Shown: piece by piece, positions 11,119-23,000 of the stretch
How positions within the stretch are numbered: the first letter of the stretch is position 1
Layout: each line of letters opens with the position of its first letter
Assembly (NCBI GenBank): GCA_038087875.1
Contig: CM075987.1
Location: forward strand, 17,114,001-17,178,000
From: Malacoraja senta
Lineage: Eukaryota
Direction of reading: 5' to 3'
Length of the DNA: 64,000 nucleotides
Notes under the pieces: generated by a model
Told to the model about the DNA's origin: nothing
Seen by the model: the letters and a program-made list of their open reading frames with translations, nothing else
The model's database searches: none
Position numbers and translations under genes: made by a program

Positions 11119-12837
11119 ATGTTTACCTCATATGTTTATACTGAAGGTTATTCAAGGCATCAAATAAAGCTTAATGCAAATTCTGATTTACCCATGCAAC
11201 ATGTTCCAAAAAAGGAGTTTGACTTCAGTATCACTGAACAATTGGAAGTTCAGCTGGAACTTGCAAGCTTATGTAATAAAGGTGTAATTGCTAAGGCAGT
11301 TTACCAAAGCCATCAGTTTGTGTCCAATATCTTTCCCAGACCAAAAAAGGATGGGGGGGATGCAGAATTATACGGACCTGAATAGTCTTAACCCTTTTGT
11401 ACGGTATAGACATTTTAAGATGGAAACGTTTGTGAAGGAGATCTTAAAGATGCGGATTCAGTGTCTGTTCATTTGCAGGATAGAAGATTTAAAATTCAGC
11501 TGGATGGGGCAATTATGCCAATACAATCCACTGCCTAATGGTTTCTCTTCAGCTCCTAGAGGGATTACAAAGTTGTTAAAACCTATTCTAGGCATGATGA
11601 GAAGTCAAGGTCATGTGTTCATGGCTTAACTAGATAATATCTTGATTGTAGGACAATCAAAGGAAACAGCTGAAGCATCAGTGGCAGTTGGTAAAAAACA
11701 TTTTTTAATTGGGCTTTATAAGCTATCCAGAGAAATCTAAATTTCTACCTGTGACACAAATTGACTAGTTGGGTTCACAATGGACTTAATCAACATCATT
11801 GTGACCTTGCCCAGGCAAAAAAGGGTAGAGCTAATTAAGAGCTATGTCAAGTTAATTGCTAACACACAGCCTTCAATTAGCCAGGTGACAAGTCTGCTGT
11901 GGTAATGGCTGGCAGCATTTCCAGCAGTTCAATATGGCCACTTTATTATCTACAATTACAAAGGTCAAAGGAACAAGCATTGAGGATACATTGGGGTCAT
12001 TATAATAGACCTATGCTTCTATCAATAGAGGCTGTTGCCGATGTACAATGGTGGATTCAGCATGTGTCCACTAGTAGTTCCAAAGTGTTATTGGACCAAG
12101 CTTCCATGATTTGCAGACAGATGTCAGAGCACTTGGGTAGGGTGCTACTGATACAAGATCCAGCGGTGGAGACAGATGAACATTGCTTCTGCATACATGG
12201 GGAATTAACCAAGAGTATTTTATGGACTCAAGGCTTATGGCACTAACTAAACTAGTTTGGATGTGCAGTGCAAAATAGACAACACTACAGCAGTTGCTGA
12301 TATGAATCACATGGGTGGAATCAAATCGTTATCATGTGACAGGTTGGCAAATACAATTGGACCTGGAGTAGGGATAGAGAGATTTGGATTGGAGCTATCT
12401 ATCTCCCAGGGAAATTTAATGTAGTACCAGATGGCAGCTCATGAAAATTCCATCATAACACAGAGTGGATGTGGAACCAGGATGTGTTCAAGAACATAGT
12501 ACTTCTATATGGAAGGCCAAAATATGTTTCATAGGCACCAGATCCAGGGGCAGTGACAATTGATGCTTTTTCACTAAATTGGGATGATATGTTTGTGTAC
12601 ATTTTCCCAACATTCTGCCTCGTAGGTCGGTGTTTGAGAAAATCAAGCAGGATGCCGCTTCAGGGGTTTTGGTGATACCAAATTGCCTGATTCAACCATG
12701 GTTTCCTTTGATGTTACAGATAGCGATCCAACCTCTTTTTGCTGATTCCAAACAGTAGGAATTTGCTGGAGCATCCAGTAACGCATTAAGTTCATCCGTT
12801 ATGTGATGGTATGGATCTGTTAATTTGCAGGTTTTAA
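11119..12837 (+). pseudogene. DIRS reverse transcriptase / RNase H / Dam-like methyltransferase region, frameshifted
   Basis: FVSNIFPRPKKDGG, DLNSLNPFV..HFKMET, LPNGFSSAPR, YxDD site degraded to *LDN, RNase H IDNTTAVA and YLPGKFNV, methyltransferase-like DAFSLNW..YIFPTF..QPWFP. Confidence 0.85.
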
Positions 12838-12839
12838 GA

Positions 12840-13819
12840 ATGCCTTACATTGGTCGAGGACTTTCTAGGCCAATGGTGGATATACTCACTGCAGCCTGGA
12901 GAAACAGTACTCAAAAACAGTATATGACTTATGAAAAAAAAAAAAAAAAATGGGAACAATATTGTGTTCAAAGAATATTCAATATGATACTGTAGTTATT
13001 GAAAATGTGTTAGAGTTTATCTACACTTTATTATGATGAGGGTCTTAGCTATACTGCTATCTATACAGCTAGAAGTGCTTGGTCGGCATATCTTGTAATA
13101 GGTACACGGACACAAAGTATAGGTTCTCACCCTCTCATATCTAGGTTGATGAAAGGAATCTTTAATTCCAAACCGCCTAAGCCTAGGTATATGGTAATCT
13201 GCGAGGTAAGTGTTGTTCGTAACATACTTCGTCATTGGGTCCTTGTCACGTCTAACTTTGTTAAAATTAACCATGAAATTGGCTGTGCTAATGGCATTGG
13301 TGTCAGTACAGAGAGTGCAGACTTTCCAAAAACTTCAGTTCGAGAGAATGGAAGTGAATACAGAGAATGTTCTGTGTTATATTTCTGACCTGCTCAAACA
13401 AAGCAGGCCAGGTGTGACAGGTTTTAAGATTGTGTTCTCAGCATATCCTACAGCTCCATGTTTATGTGTAAGGACACATTTGTTACATTACATTGAAGCC
13501 ACAAGGGCTTTAAGACAAGAAGAAACAGGATTATTTGTCAGTTACAAGAAGCCAACATAAAAGAGTGGCAGTTCAGACTATCTCAAGGTGGTTAAAGCAA
13601 GAGTTGGTTCAGGCAGGAATTAACATTTATGTGTTTACATCTCATTCCACTAGCGCAGTAGCAACATCCGCGGCCAGGGCGATGGACGTTCCCATCGACC
13701 ATATATTAAAAGCCGCAGGTTGGAAAAATGAACTTGTGTTTCAGCAATACTACCATCGGCCGATTGCTGATGGAGGGCTGTTTACCAACTCAATATTGAG
13801 TGCTGTTGCTATTGTTTAA
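12840..13819 (+). pseudogene. DIRS tyrosine recombinase, frameshifted
   Basis: AAWRNSTQKQY N-terminal region, MKGIFNSKPPKPRY, LALVSVQRVQT-type first catalytic Arg, TISRWLK, HSTS (usually HxxR), AAGW..FQQYY. An A-run at ~12933-12950 and other indels break the frame. Confidence 0.88.
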
Positions 13820-14030
13820 AGTCTGTTTTCAATACTGTTTCATTCTGTTTCGTTTGTTGCCCTACATTAAGAGGGTTTATTGGTTGTTTTATGACCAAAA
13901 ATAAAACTGTTTTGTTTTTGCATGATATGCAATGTCATGTTTACAGCATTATTGATGATACTCAGAGTCAATCGATGCAGTGAGAAGCCGGGATTTTGAT
14001 CTGCGGCATAAAAATCACAGAGCTTTATAA

Positions 14031-14142
14031 TCTTCACGTAGTCACTCACGTGACTCCGAAGTAAAATAGTAAGATTAAATGAGAACTTACCAGTTTGAAG
14101 TTTGATCTTTATTTTATGAGGAGTTACGTTGGTGATTACGTG
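14031..14142 (-). repeat. DIRS internal complementary region (ICR)
   Basis: 14031-14067 is complementary to the element's left end (9555-9591) and 14065-14142 to its right end (14294-14371), each with 1 mismatch. Confidence 0.92.
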
Positions 14143-14264
14143 CCCGCCACGCCCAACCCTCTCTCATAGAAAAAAGGTCATAATGGTAGTTCTCATGTTG
14201 ATCATCTTAATATGTTACTTCAATTATGGTGTTGTCTGTGATTTCATACCGCTGCTTTGAAGAT

Positions 14265-14371
14265 TGACGCGTATGCGCCCTGACGGGGTTCTTCACGTAA
14301 TCACCAACGTAACTCCTCATAAAATAAAGATCAAACTTCAAACTGGTAAGTTCTCGTTTAATCTTACTATT
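14265..14371 (-). repeat. DIRS right inverted terminal repeat plus 3' extension
   Basis: 14265-14316 is complementary to the left ITR; 14317-14371 is an extension absent from the left end but complementary to the ICR. Confidence 0.9.
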
Positions 14372-14580
14372 CTCTGCCACAGAAGGTAGTTGAGGCCAGT
14401 TCATTGGCTATATTTAAGAGGGAGTTAGAAGTGGCCTTGTGGCTAAAGGGATCAGGGGGTATGGAGAGAAGGCAGGTACAGGATACTGAGTTGGATGATC
14501 AGCCATGATCATATTGAATGGCGATGCAGGCTCGAAGATCCGAATGGCCTACTCCTGCACCTATTTTCTATGTTTCTATA
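14369..14580 (+). mobile_element. 3' remainder of the CR1 LINE split by the DIRS insertion
   Basis: attctctgccacagaaggtagttgaggccagt continues the LINE broken at gtgaatctggaatt (9557); ends with ctattttctatgtttcta tail. Confidence 0.9.
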
Positions 14581-14624
14581 TAAAAAGCCAAGATTTTCAT
14601 TAAACCAACTTGCCAAAACTATTT

Positions 14625-14757
14625 GTTTAAGAAGGAACTGCAGATGCTGGAAAATCGAAGGTAGACAAAAATGCTGAAGAGTCTCAGTGGGTGAGGCAGC
14701 CTCTATGGAGCGAAGGAAATAGGCAATGTTTCGGGCCAACACCCTTCTTCAGACTGA
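14625..14757 (-). mobile_element. Penelope-like terminal (pLTR) fragment
   Basis: Same sequence as the repeats flanking GIY-YIG remnants at 23.5-24.9 kb; contains a degenerate CTGAAGA..GAAAC core. Confidence 0.7.
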
Positions 14758-16515
14758 AAGAGGATGTTAGGAGATTGCAGGGTGACCTGGACAGGTTGAG
14801 TGAGTGGGCAGATGCGTAGCAGATGCAGTATAATATAGATAAATGTGAGGTTATCCACTTTGGCGGCAAAAACAAGGGGGCACATTATTATCTCAATGGG
14901 GTTAGGTACGGGTGAGGTACAGCGAGACCTGGGTGTCCTTCTACACCAGTCACTGAAAGTTGGCGTGGAGGTACAGCAGGCAGTGAAGAAAGCTAATGGA
15001 ATGTTGGGCTTCATAACAAGAAGATTTCAGTATAGGAGTAAATAGGTTCTTCTGCAGTTGTATAGGGCTCTGGAGTATTGTGTACAGTTTTGGTCTCCTA
15101 ATTTGAGGAAGGACATCCTTGTGATTCGTGTAGGTTCACGAGATTGATCCCTGGGATGGCGGGACTGTCATATGAGGAAAGATTGAAAAGACTACGCTTG
15201 TATTCACTGGAGTTTAGAAGGATGAGGGGAGATCTTATAGAAACATATAAAATTACAAAAGGACTGGACAAGCTAGATGCAGGAAAAATGTTCCCAATGT
15301 TGGGCGAGTCCAGAACCAGGGGCAACAGTCTTAGAATATAGGGGAGGTCATTTAATACTAAGGTGAGAAAAAACGTTTTCACCCAGAGAGTTGTGAATTT
15401 GTGGAATTCCCTGCCACAGAGGGCAGTGGAGGCCAAATCACTGGATGGATTTAAGAGAGAGTTAGATAGAGCTCTAGGGGCTAGTGGAGTCAAGGGACAT
15501 GGGGAGAAGGCAGGCACGGGTTATTGATAGGGGTCGATCAGCCATGATCACAATGAATGGCGGTGCTGGCTCGAATGGCCTCCTCCTGCACCCATTTTTT
15601 ATGTTTCCACGTTTCTATGGGATAACATCCAGAAATCGGAGGTGCAAAGGGACCTGAGAGTGCTGGTGCAGGATTTCCAAAAGGTTCATCTGCAAGTCGA
15701 TTCGGTAGTAAAGAAAGCAAACTCAATGCTAGCATTTATTTCAAGAGAGCTTATATACAAAAACAGGGATCATAAGATCATAAGTGATAGGAGTAGAATT
15801 AGGCCATTCAGCCCATCAAGTCTACTGCGCCATTCCATCATGGCTAATCTATCTCTCCCTCCTAACCCTATTATCCTGCCTTCTCCCCATAACCTCTGAC
15901 ACCCGTACTAATCAAGAATCTATCTATCTCGGCCTTAAATATATCCACTGACTTTGCCTCCACAGCCTTCTGTGGCAAAGGATTCCACAGATGTAATGTT
16001 GAGGCTCTATAAGGCGCTGGTCAGGCCGCATTTGGAATATTGTGAGAATTTTAGGCACCATATCTGAGGAAGGATGTGCTGGCTCTGGAGAGGGTCCAGG
16101 GGAGGTTGAAAGTAAGCATGCAGGTACAGCAGGCAGTGAAGAAAGCTAATGGCATGTTGGCCTTCATTGCGAGAGGATTTGAGTATAGGAGCAAAGAGGT
16201 CCTACTGCAGTTGTAGAGGGCCCTGGTGAGACCACACCTGGAGTATTGTGTGCAATTTTGGTCTCCTAATTTGAGGAAGGACATTATCGCTATTGAGGGA
16301 GTGCAGCGTAAGTTCACCAGGTTAATTCCCAGGATGGCGGGACTGTCATATGATGTCAGTCCAGGACCATGGGTCACAGTTTAAGAATAAGGGGTAGTCC
16401 ATTTAAGACTGAGATGAGGAAAAATGTCTTCACCCAGAGAGTTGTGAATCTGTGTAATTCTCTGCCACAGAAGGCAGTGGAGGCCAATTCACTGGTTATT
16501 TTCAAGAGCGAGTTA
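14758..16515 (+). mobile_element. Nested CR1 LINE fragments
   Basis: Repeated ORF2 C-terminal segments (VQQAVKKANGML, ESRTRG) and 3' UTRs; one minus-strand 3' end at ~15770-15990. Confidence 0.8.
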
Positions 16516-17200
16516 AGGTTTCAAGGTCAGTTTATTGTCACATGTACCAATTAAAGTACAGTGAAACTTGAGTTACCATACAGCCGTACTAAGTGAAAAG
16601 CAACAAGACACACAACCACATAAAAGTTAACATAAACATCCATCACAGTGGATTCCACATTCCTCACTGATGGTCGGCAGTAAAAGTTCCATCTTCTTCC
16701 TCTTTGTTCTCCCGCGGTTGGGGCAGTCAAACCATCTGCAGTAGGAGCGATCAAAACCCCCGTCGGGGTGATCGAAACTCCCGCGTCAGGGCAGTTGAAA
16801 CTCTCCACGGCATGGAGCTCCCGAGTCGGCCTCTTCTTACCAGAGACCACGGGCTTCACGATTTTAAAGTCCACAGGTCCCGCGGTTGGAGCTTCGATCC
16901 CCGGCAAAGGGATCGCAAGCTCCGCGATGTTAAAATCCCGCCGACTCCCGTGGTTTGGAGCACCGGGTCGCTCTCCAGGAAATGTGGCCAACTCCGCGAT
17001 GTTAGGAGATACAATACGGGAAAGAATCGCATCTCCGTCGACGTGGGAGATTGAAAAAAGTTTCCCCAATCTGCCCCCCACCCACATAAAACAAACCAAG
17101 GATGACTGAAACATACTTTTTAATGCATACTAAAAAATAACAAAAACAGAAAGGACAGACAGACCATTTGCGAGGCAGCCACTGCTGGTGGTGCCACGGG
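16515..17200 (-). mobile_element. Unclassified non-autonomous retroposon-like insertion (CpG-rich body) within a CR1 3' end
   Basis: Splits a CR1 3' region (gagcgagtta ... tttagatttagctctt). Minus-strand end gtgacaataaactgaccttgaaacctt resembles the gtgacaataaa tails elsewhere (24933, 33397, 54249). Confidence 0.5.
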
Positions 17201-17204
17201 GTGT

Positions 17205-18180
17205 TTAGATTTAGCTCTTAGAGCTAAAGGAATCAAGGGATATGGAGAAAAAGCAGGAACGGGGTACTGATTTTAGATGATCGGCCAGGGTCATATTGAA
17301 TGGTGGTGCTGGCTCGAAGGGCCGAATGGCCTACTCCTGCACCTATTATGTTTCTACAAGAATGATCCCAGGAATGAGTAGGTGAACATATGATGAGCGT
17401 TTGACAGCACTGGGCCTGTACTCACTGGAGTTTAAAAAAATGAGGGGGACCTCATTGAAACGTACAGAATGGTGAAAGGCTTGGATATAGTGGATGCAGA
17501 GAGCATGTTTCCACTAGTGGGAGAGTCTAGGACTAGTGGTCATAGCCTCAAAATGAAAGGGCGTTCCTTTAGGAAGGAGATGAGGGGGAATTTGTTTCGT
17601 CAGAGGGTGGTGAATTTGTGGAATTCTTTGCCACAGAAGGCTGTGGAGGCCAAGTCAGTGGATATTTTTAAGGCAGAGATAGATAGATTCTTGATTAGAA
17701 TGGGTGTCAGGGGTTATGAGGAGAAAGCAGGAGAATTGGGTTAGCAAGGAGAGATAGATCAGCCATGATTGAATAGTGGAATAGACTTGATGGGCTGAAT
17801 GGCCTAATTCTGCTCCTATCATGACCTTATGATCTTACAGAGGTCTATAAGATTATGAGAGGGATAGACGGGGTAAATGCACAGTGTCTTTTATCTAGAG
17901 TAGAGTAATCAAGAACCAGAGGTCATAAGTTTAAGGTGAGAGGGGAAATATTTAATAGGAGCCTGATGGGCAACTTATTCACTCAGAGGGTGGTGCGTGT
18001 ATGGAATGAGCTGCCAGAGGAGGTAGTTGAGGTGGGTACTATCACAACATTTAAAAGACATTTGGACAGGTACATGGATAGGAAAGGTTTGTAAGGATAT
18101 GGGCCAAACGCAGGGAGGATGGGACATCTTGTTCGGCATGGGTAAGGTGAGCCGTAGGACCTTTTTTCCATTCGGTATGA
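17205..18180 (+). mobile_element. CR1 LINE 3' fragments (several subfamilies)
   Basis: ESRTSGHSLK..QRVVNLWNSLP motifs and CR1 3' UTRs. Confidence 0.8.
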
Positions 18181-18287
18181 CTATAAAAATAATTTGGGAA
18201 AGCTGCAAAGAGTATCTGCGTTTCTGAAGTTCCATTTGCAGCTCTGCTTTGTTTCTCATCACTCTGCTTTTCTTTCCCCTTGAACAG

Positions 18288-20032
18288 TTACAACCACCTC
18301 GAGGCTCCTTGCCCAAGTCTGGAGATGGTGACAGACATTGTGAAAAGTAGCTTGAATGGCCGCTTTGTGTACAGTGCAGCTTCTACACACAGGCGCTACT
18401 ACATTGGTGTGGACAGTTACAGACCGTCCCCAAAACAAGATGAGGGCACCACACCAAACAACCTCATGGTTCATCAGGTGACTGTGCAGGTTCCCTTTCA
18501 GGTCGAAGTCCTATTTGAATCTGGAAGTTTCACACAACGACCAAATCATTTTTCTGGTGAGGTTTTCGCAAATGAGCTGGAAAGGTGGAAGCAGTCATTT
18601 GATGAGAGATTTGACAACATTTTCCATTTGTCAAATAAGGGTTTTCCTCCACCACAGATTAAATTTGCTAAGGCAATTTTTCAGTAATACCATTGGAGGA
18701 ATGGGATATTTTTATGGCCAGTCGTACGTTCAGTCCAAATACAATGAGTACCCACTGCCGTACATGGAGGGCCCACTCTACACTGCAGTTCCATCCCGTT
18801 CGTTTTTCCCCCGAGGATTTCTCTGGGATGAAGGATTCCATCAACTCCTGATTAGTAAATGGGATCCATCCATTAGTAAGGAAGTGATTGGTCACTGGTT
18901 AGATATGATGAATGTGGAAGGTTGGATTCCCAGAGAGCAGATTCTGGACAATGAAGCACGCAGTAAAGTGCCAGCAGAGTTCATTGTACAGAGGAATGAA
19001 AATGCCAATCCTCCTACACTCTTCCTGACACTACAGAAACTAATAGAAGATTTACACGGGCAGTTGACTGAAGATGACAAGTCCTACCTGAAGAAGCTCT
19101 TTCCGCGTTTGAAGACTTGGTATGATTGGTATAATTCGACCCAGGCTGGATCCCTGCCATCAACTTATCGTTGGCGAGGCCGCGACACTGACACCAACCT
19201 GTTCCTCAATCCAAAAACTCTGACCTCTGGACTCGATGATTACCCTCGAGCATCTCACCCTTCTGAGGATGAACGCCACGTGGACCTTCGCTGCTGGATG
19301 ACGTTGGCGTCAAAGGTCATGACAGATATTGCAAAAATCCTTGGGTTACCTCATCAAGACTATCAGAAGATGTATGAAACGCTAAGTGACAACTCTCTGC
19401 TTGGAGAACTGCACTGGTCTGAAGATCAGAAGGCATTCAGCGATTATGGGAATCACTCTCAGTCCATCTTTCTGGAGCGAGAGAAGATCTATGTCCCCCC
19501 GGGACAGCCTCGCCAGCATGGCCAAGCAGCCAGGCTTGTCCGCTCGGTTCGCAAACAGCCAAAGCTTCAGTATGTCAACGCATTTGGCTATGTGAGTCTA
19601 TTCCCGTTCATACTTCAAATCCTCAAACCTGATTCTCCAAAACTGGAACATATCTTAAAGGATATGAAGGATGATGAAAAGCTCTGGACCCCTTATGGCC
19701 TCCGCTCTCTCTCAAAATCTAGCCCTCTCTACTTGAAACGCAACACTGAATATGATCCGCCTTACTGGCGGGGACCCATTTGGATTAATTTGAACTACCT
19801 TGTAGTTCGAGCACTATATTACTATTCCACCCAAACGGGACCATATCAAGAAATGGCAGCAACACTGTACCAGGAGCTGAGGACTAACCTCATAGCCAAT
19901 ATGTATAAGCAGTATGTACAAACTGGTTATTTGTGGGAGCAGTATAATGATAGCACTGGCAGAGGGCAGGGTAGTCACCCATTTACTGGTTGGTCTTCCC
20001 TTATAGTTTTGATAATGGCTGAGCAATATTAA
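18288..20032 (+). CDS. MOGS: Mannosyl-oligosaccharide glucosidase (ER glucosidase I, GH63), large terminal coding exon; apparent frameshift at 18677-18681
   Basis: Acceptor ttttctttccccttgaacag|t at 18287/18288. Translation YNHL..QVTVQVPFQVEVLFESGS..GGMGYFYG..LYTAVPSRSFFPRGFLWDEGFH..GWIPREQIL..NPKTLTSGLDDYPR..PPYWRGPIW..WEQY..PFTGWSSL..MAEQY* follows the known MOGS C-terminal catalytic domain. No upstream exons recognised in the window. Confidence 0.95.
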
Positions 20033-23000
20033 CGTTTGTGCAGCTGTCATCCTGTATAAAAGTTAAATACTGTGTCAAGGGATTAATTGTGATTAAATAT
20101 TTCATTATTTCAATAATTGATAGTTCTGGTTAAACCCTAAGTATTGATCAGACAAACTCGACCTACAAATTTTACATGGGCATAAAATAAGCGCAATACG
20201 GACAAAGTTACCATTACAATAGCCAACCAGTGTGTGGAGAGACTGCGAAAGATTCCACGACTGTGAAACCATTAGTTCTGATAAACAAGTATGAATAAGG
20301 AATCTTGTGTATGTTTAGTTTCCCATGGAGGAGCAGTATTCAACAAAGAGGCAGCAGGTACAGTCCATGCAGGTATCACTGGACACCAGCCAGTTTTTAA
20401 CGTTATTCCCTGTGACAGACATGGTACTCTGTTGACCCAAGATTCACCACCTATCTAGACTTGGCCCACAATTCCCTCCCTCCATCCCCCTGCCCTCCGC
20501 CCAGCAAGGCCCTCCCAGATTCTATTTTCAAATAGAAAATCCCAATTTTAACTTCCATCGGAAGATGGACATTTTATAATTAATGGCTTTCTTATCAAAA
20601 TTCGAGTCTGTAAAATGGAATATTCCAGCCCCCTTTCCGTATCGGCCGAGTTCCAGTATATCCAACTAAAAAAGCTGCCGCAGGCTGTTGAGGCATTCAG
20701 CAGCTGAGTGTTGGGCTTAATGGGGCTCTGCTCATTCTCTCACCGATAGCAGACTAATGTTTCCGTATCTCATTGCACTAGAACCTGAAAGACAAGGCCA
20801 ATATGTATGACAATAACTGGTTTTATAGGAGACTTTGGAATTAAACCCTTTCAGTGCCTCATGGACCCATTGCTGGTTTTCACATTTTGTGTGGCATTTT
20901 GTAAATAAATAAACTGACATGTTAAGTAGAAGAAATTAATTTATAGCAACTTCAAAACTAACGGTCAGAAATAAAAGATATTTATCCCTCTGTAGGATCC
21001 ACTGTGCATTAAACAATGTTGGGAACCACAATAACCTCAAAGTCTCCCTTTTATATAACATAGGACCACTCTGAGAATGCCACAATGTTCATGTGGCTCT
21101 GGGGTGATTCTTCATGTCACCTCAGCATGTTCAGCCTCTTACAGCAGAGTGCGCCACAGAAGCAAGTCATTTGGCCATCCTGCTCTGTGCATGTTTTGTA
21201 CTTCAAGTTATTCCCATTCACCTGTTTCTTCCACACTTGGAACTTGTTCTACTTTGACTCTGAAGAGATTGATTCCATTTTTGCTGGCCTGTGGCTATTT
21301 TGTTGCTAAACTAAGGGTGGTGCGAGGAGAGAAACCTTCTCATGCAACAGGTAGCCATGATCTGCAGTCCATCGCTGAACCCGCAGTGGCAGCAGGCCGA
21401 TGACCACCTTCACAGGGCAGTTAGGTGCAGGGCAATGGCAAGCAGGTAGCACGTTGCTTGTGTCAAGCTGTGTGTGCACCTGGATCATTACATCTGCCTT
21501 GGGGCTTCTCAACCTGTTGAGTAAAGGCTCCTTGTTCCATTTTGATACGCAGTAGAAGTTTAAATTGCCAGTATGTCCACAGTTTCCAGTCGATTGCTTT
21601 TGTTAAAACAGTGGGATTACTTCCACCTGGATTTCAAGGTGATCCAGTAGAGAGGTGTGAAACTGCTGCAGCAGCCAGCCCCCACTGCAGGGTGAATTGT
21701 TTGTACACAGCGCAAGTGCATGCACGTTCGTCTCATCAACTGTGAGCTTTCACTCAAATACAAAACTATCCCTGACCCTTTCTTATCCTCTGTGCTCTGC
21801 TGTCTGTCTGTTTAAATGGCCACTGTACGTCTCACTCTTTGTGCAGCTTGCTGCCGTTTCCTATCCTTTTTGAATGAAGACCCCACATCCACCCACTCCC
21901 ACAAACACAAACTGCTGAGGCTACTTCATACAAAACTTTGAATTCCATCCAGGGCCAGCCTGCCTGCCTGGCTGCCTGCATGATGAGTATATTTTTTATT
22001 TCTTTGGATTTCTCTTGTGAATTTTCTAATAAACCTTATTAATGCCTTTAATCTTAAATGAACTGCAGGTTGGGAACCTCTACTTGGAGGGTTGTAAGCT
22101 TAAATACACTCTCTGTAGCCATGATATCTTAATAACATGATTTTGCCTGCAGCTAACTCATAGTTTCCTCATAGTCCCGAGATCTGTATTTAAAGAGGAT
22201 CTTCAGTGCTGTTTCTGTCGTGTTTGCATGTTTTTCTCAGTGACCTCGTGGGTTTCCCCTGGGTGCTCCAGTTTGCTCCCACATCCCACTGAAGTGTTAG
22301 AAGATGAATGGTCCACTGTAAATTTGATCCTAGTGTAGGTGGACGTGAGGAGAATCAAATGGATTAATGGGTATATGTGTGGGGGGGGGGGGAGTCTGGT
22401 GGAATGAGAATGCCCTGAGAGCCAGCATAGGCTTGACAGCCAAATGGTCTATGTGGTAAGTATGAAAGAACAAAATAAGTTGCTGCTTACTGATATATTC
22501 CCGCTCCCATGCAAAATAGTAGGGCACAGATTTCTTGCGTTTATGCTGTTTCCAAGAAAGCGGTACATGTATGTGTACATTTTTAGATACACATTAGGAC
22601 TCGGATGTTGTCGTTTCCAAAAGACCTTGCCAAGTATTTCCTGTACTTAGAAGTTACTTATGGCGTCAGAATGATTAGAATCTGCATACTGTACTGTATA
22701 AACTGTTGAAGGGTTTATGTATATTGCATTGTTTTGAGCTGAACTGCGGTTTGAGCATTGATGAGGCTGCGATCTCTGCTTACATTTTCAGCTGCAACTT
22801 GTTTTGAGCAGTGACCTGGAAAACCTGAAATTAATTAACAGCCCACACAAAGGACCCAATGTAAAGCTGGTTGTAAACTCATCTAAAGAGTGCTTTTCCA
22901 CCAATTTTACATGAATGTGGGTAAACATACTTCATGTGGATATTTACTTAACAAATCTTACACCCTATTGTAACTAAGGAAATAATGCTCCCATAACAAT

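Larger units (their letters stand above)
9555..14371 (+). mobile_element. DIRS1-like tyrosine-recombinase retrotransposon, structurally complete, coding regions decayed
   Basis: Inverted terminal repeats, internal complementary region, gag-like / RT-RNase H-methyltransferase-like / tyrosine recombinase remnants, and ATT at both ends. The host LINE sequence resumes exactly after the element. Confidence 0.93.

Noticed and set aside
9555..14371. Prophage/integron, retron or DGR-type system (RT + recombinase + methylase + repeats)
   Set aside because: Domain order and the ITR/ICR structure are fully explained by a eukaryotic DIRS retrotransposon.
21077..21750. Coding exons of a convergent gene downstream of MOGS
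   Set aside because: Only short ORFs with no recognisable protein similarity or consistent splice signals.
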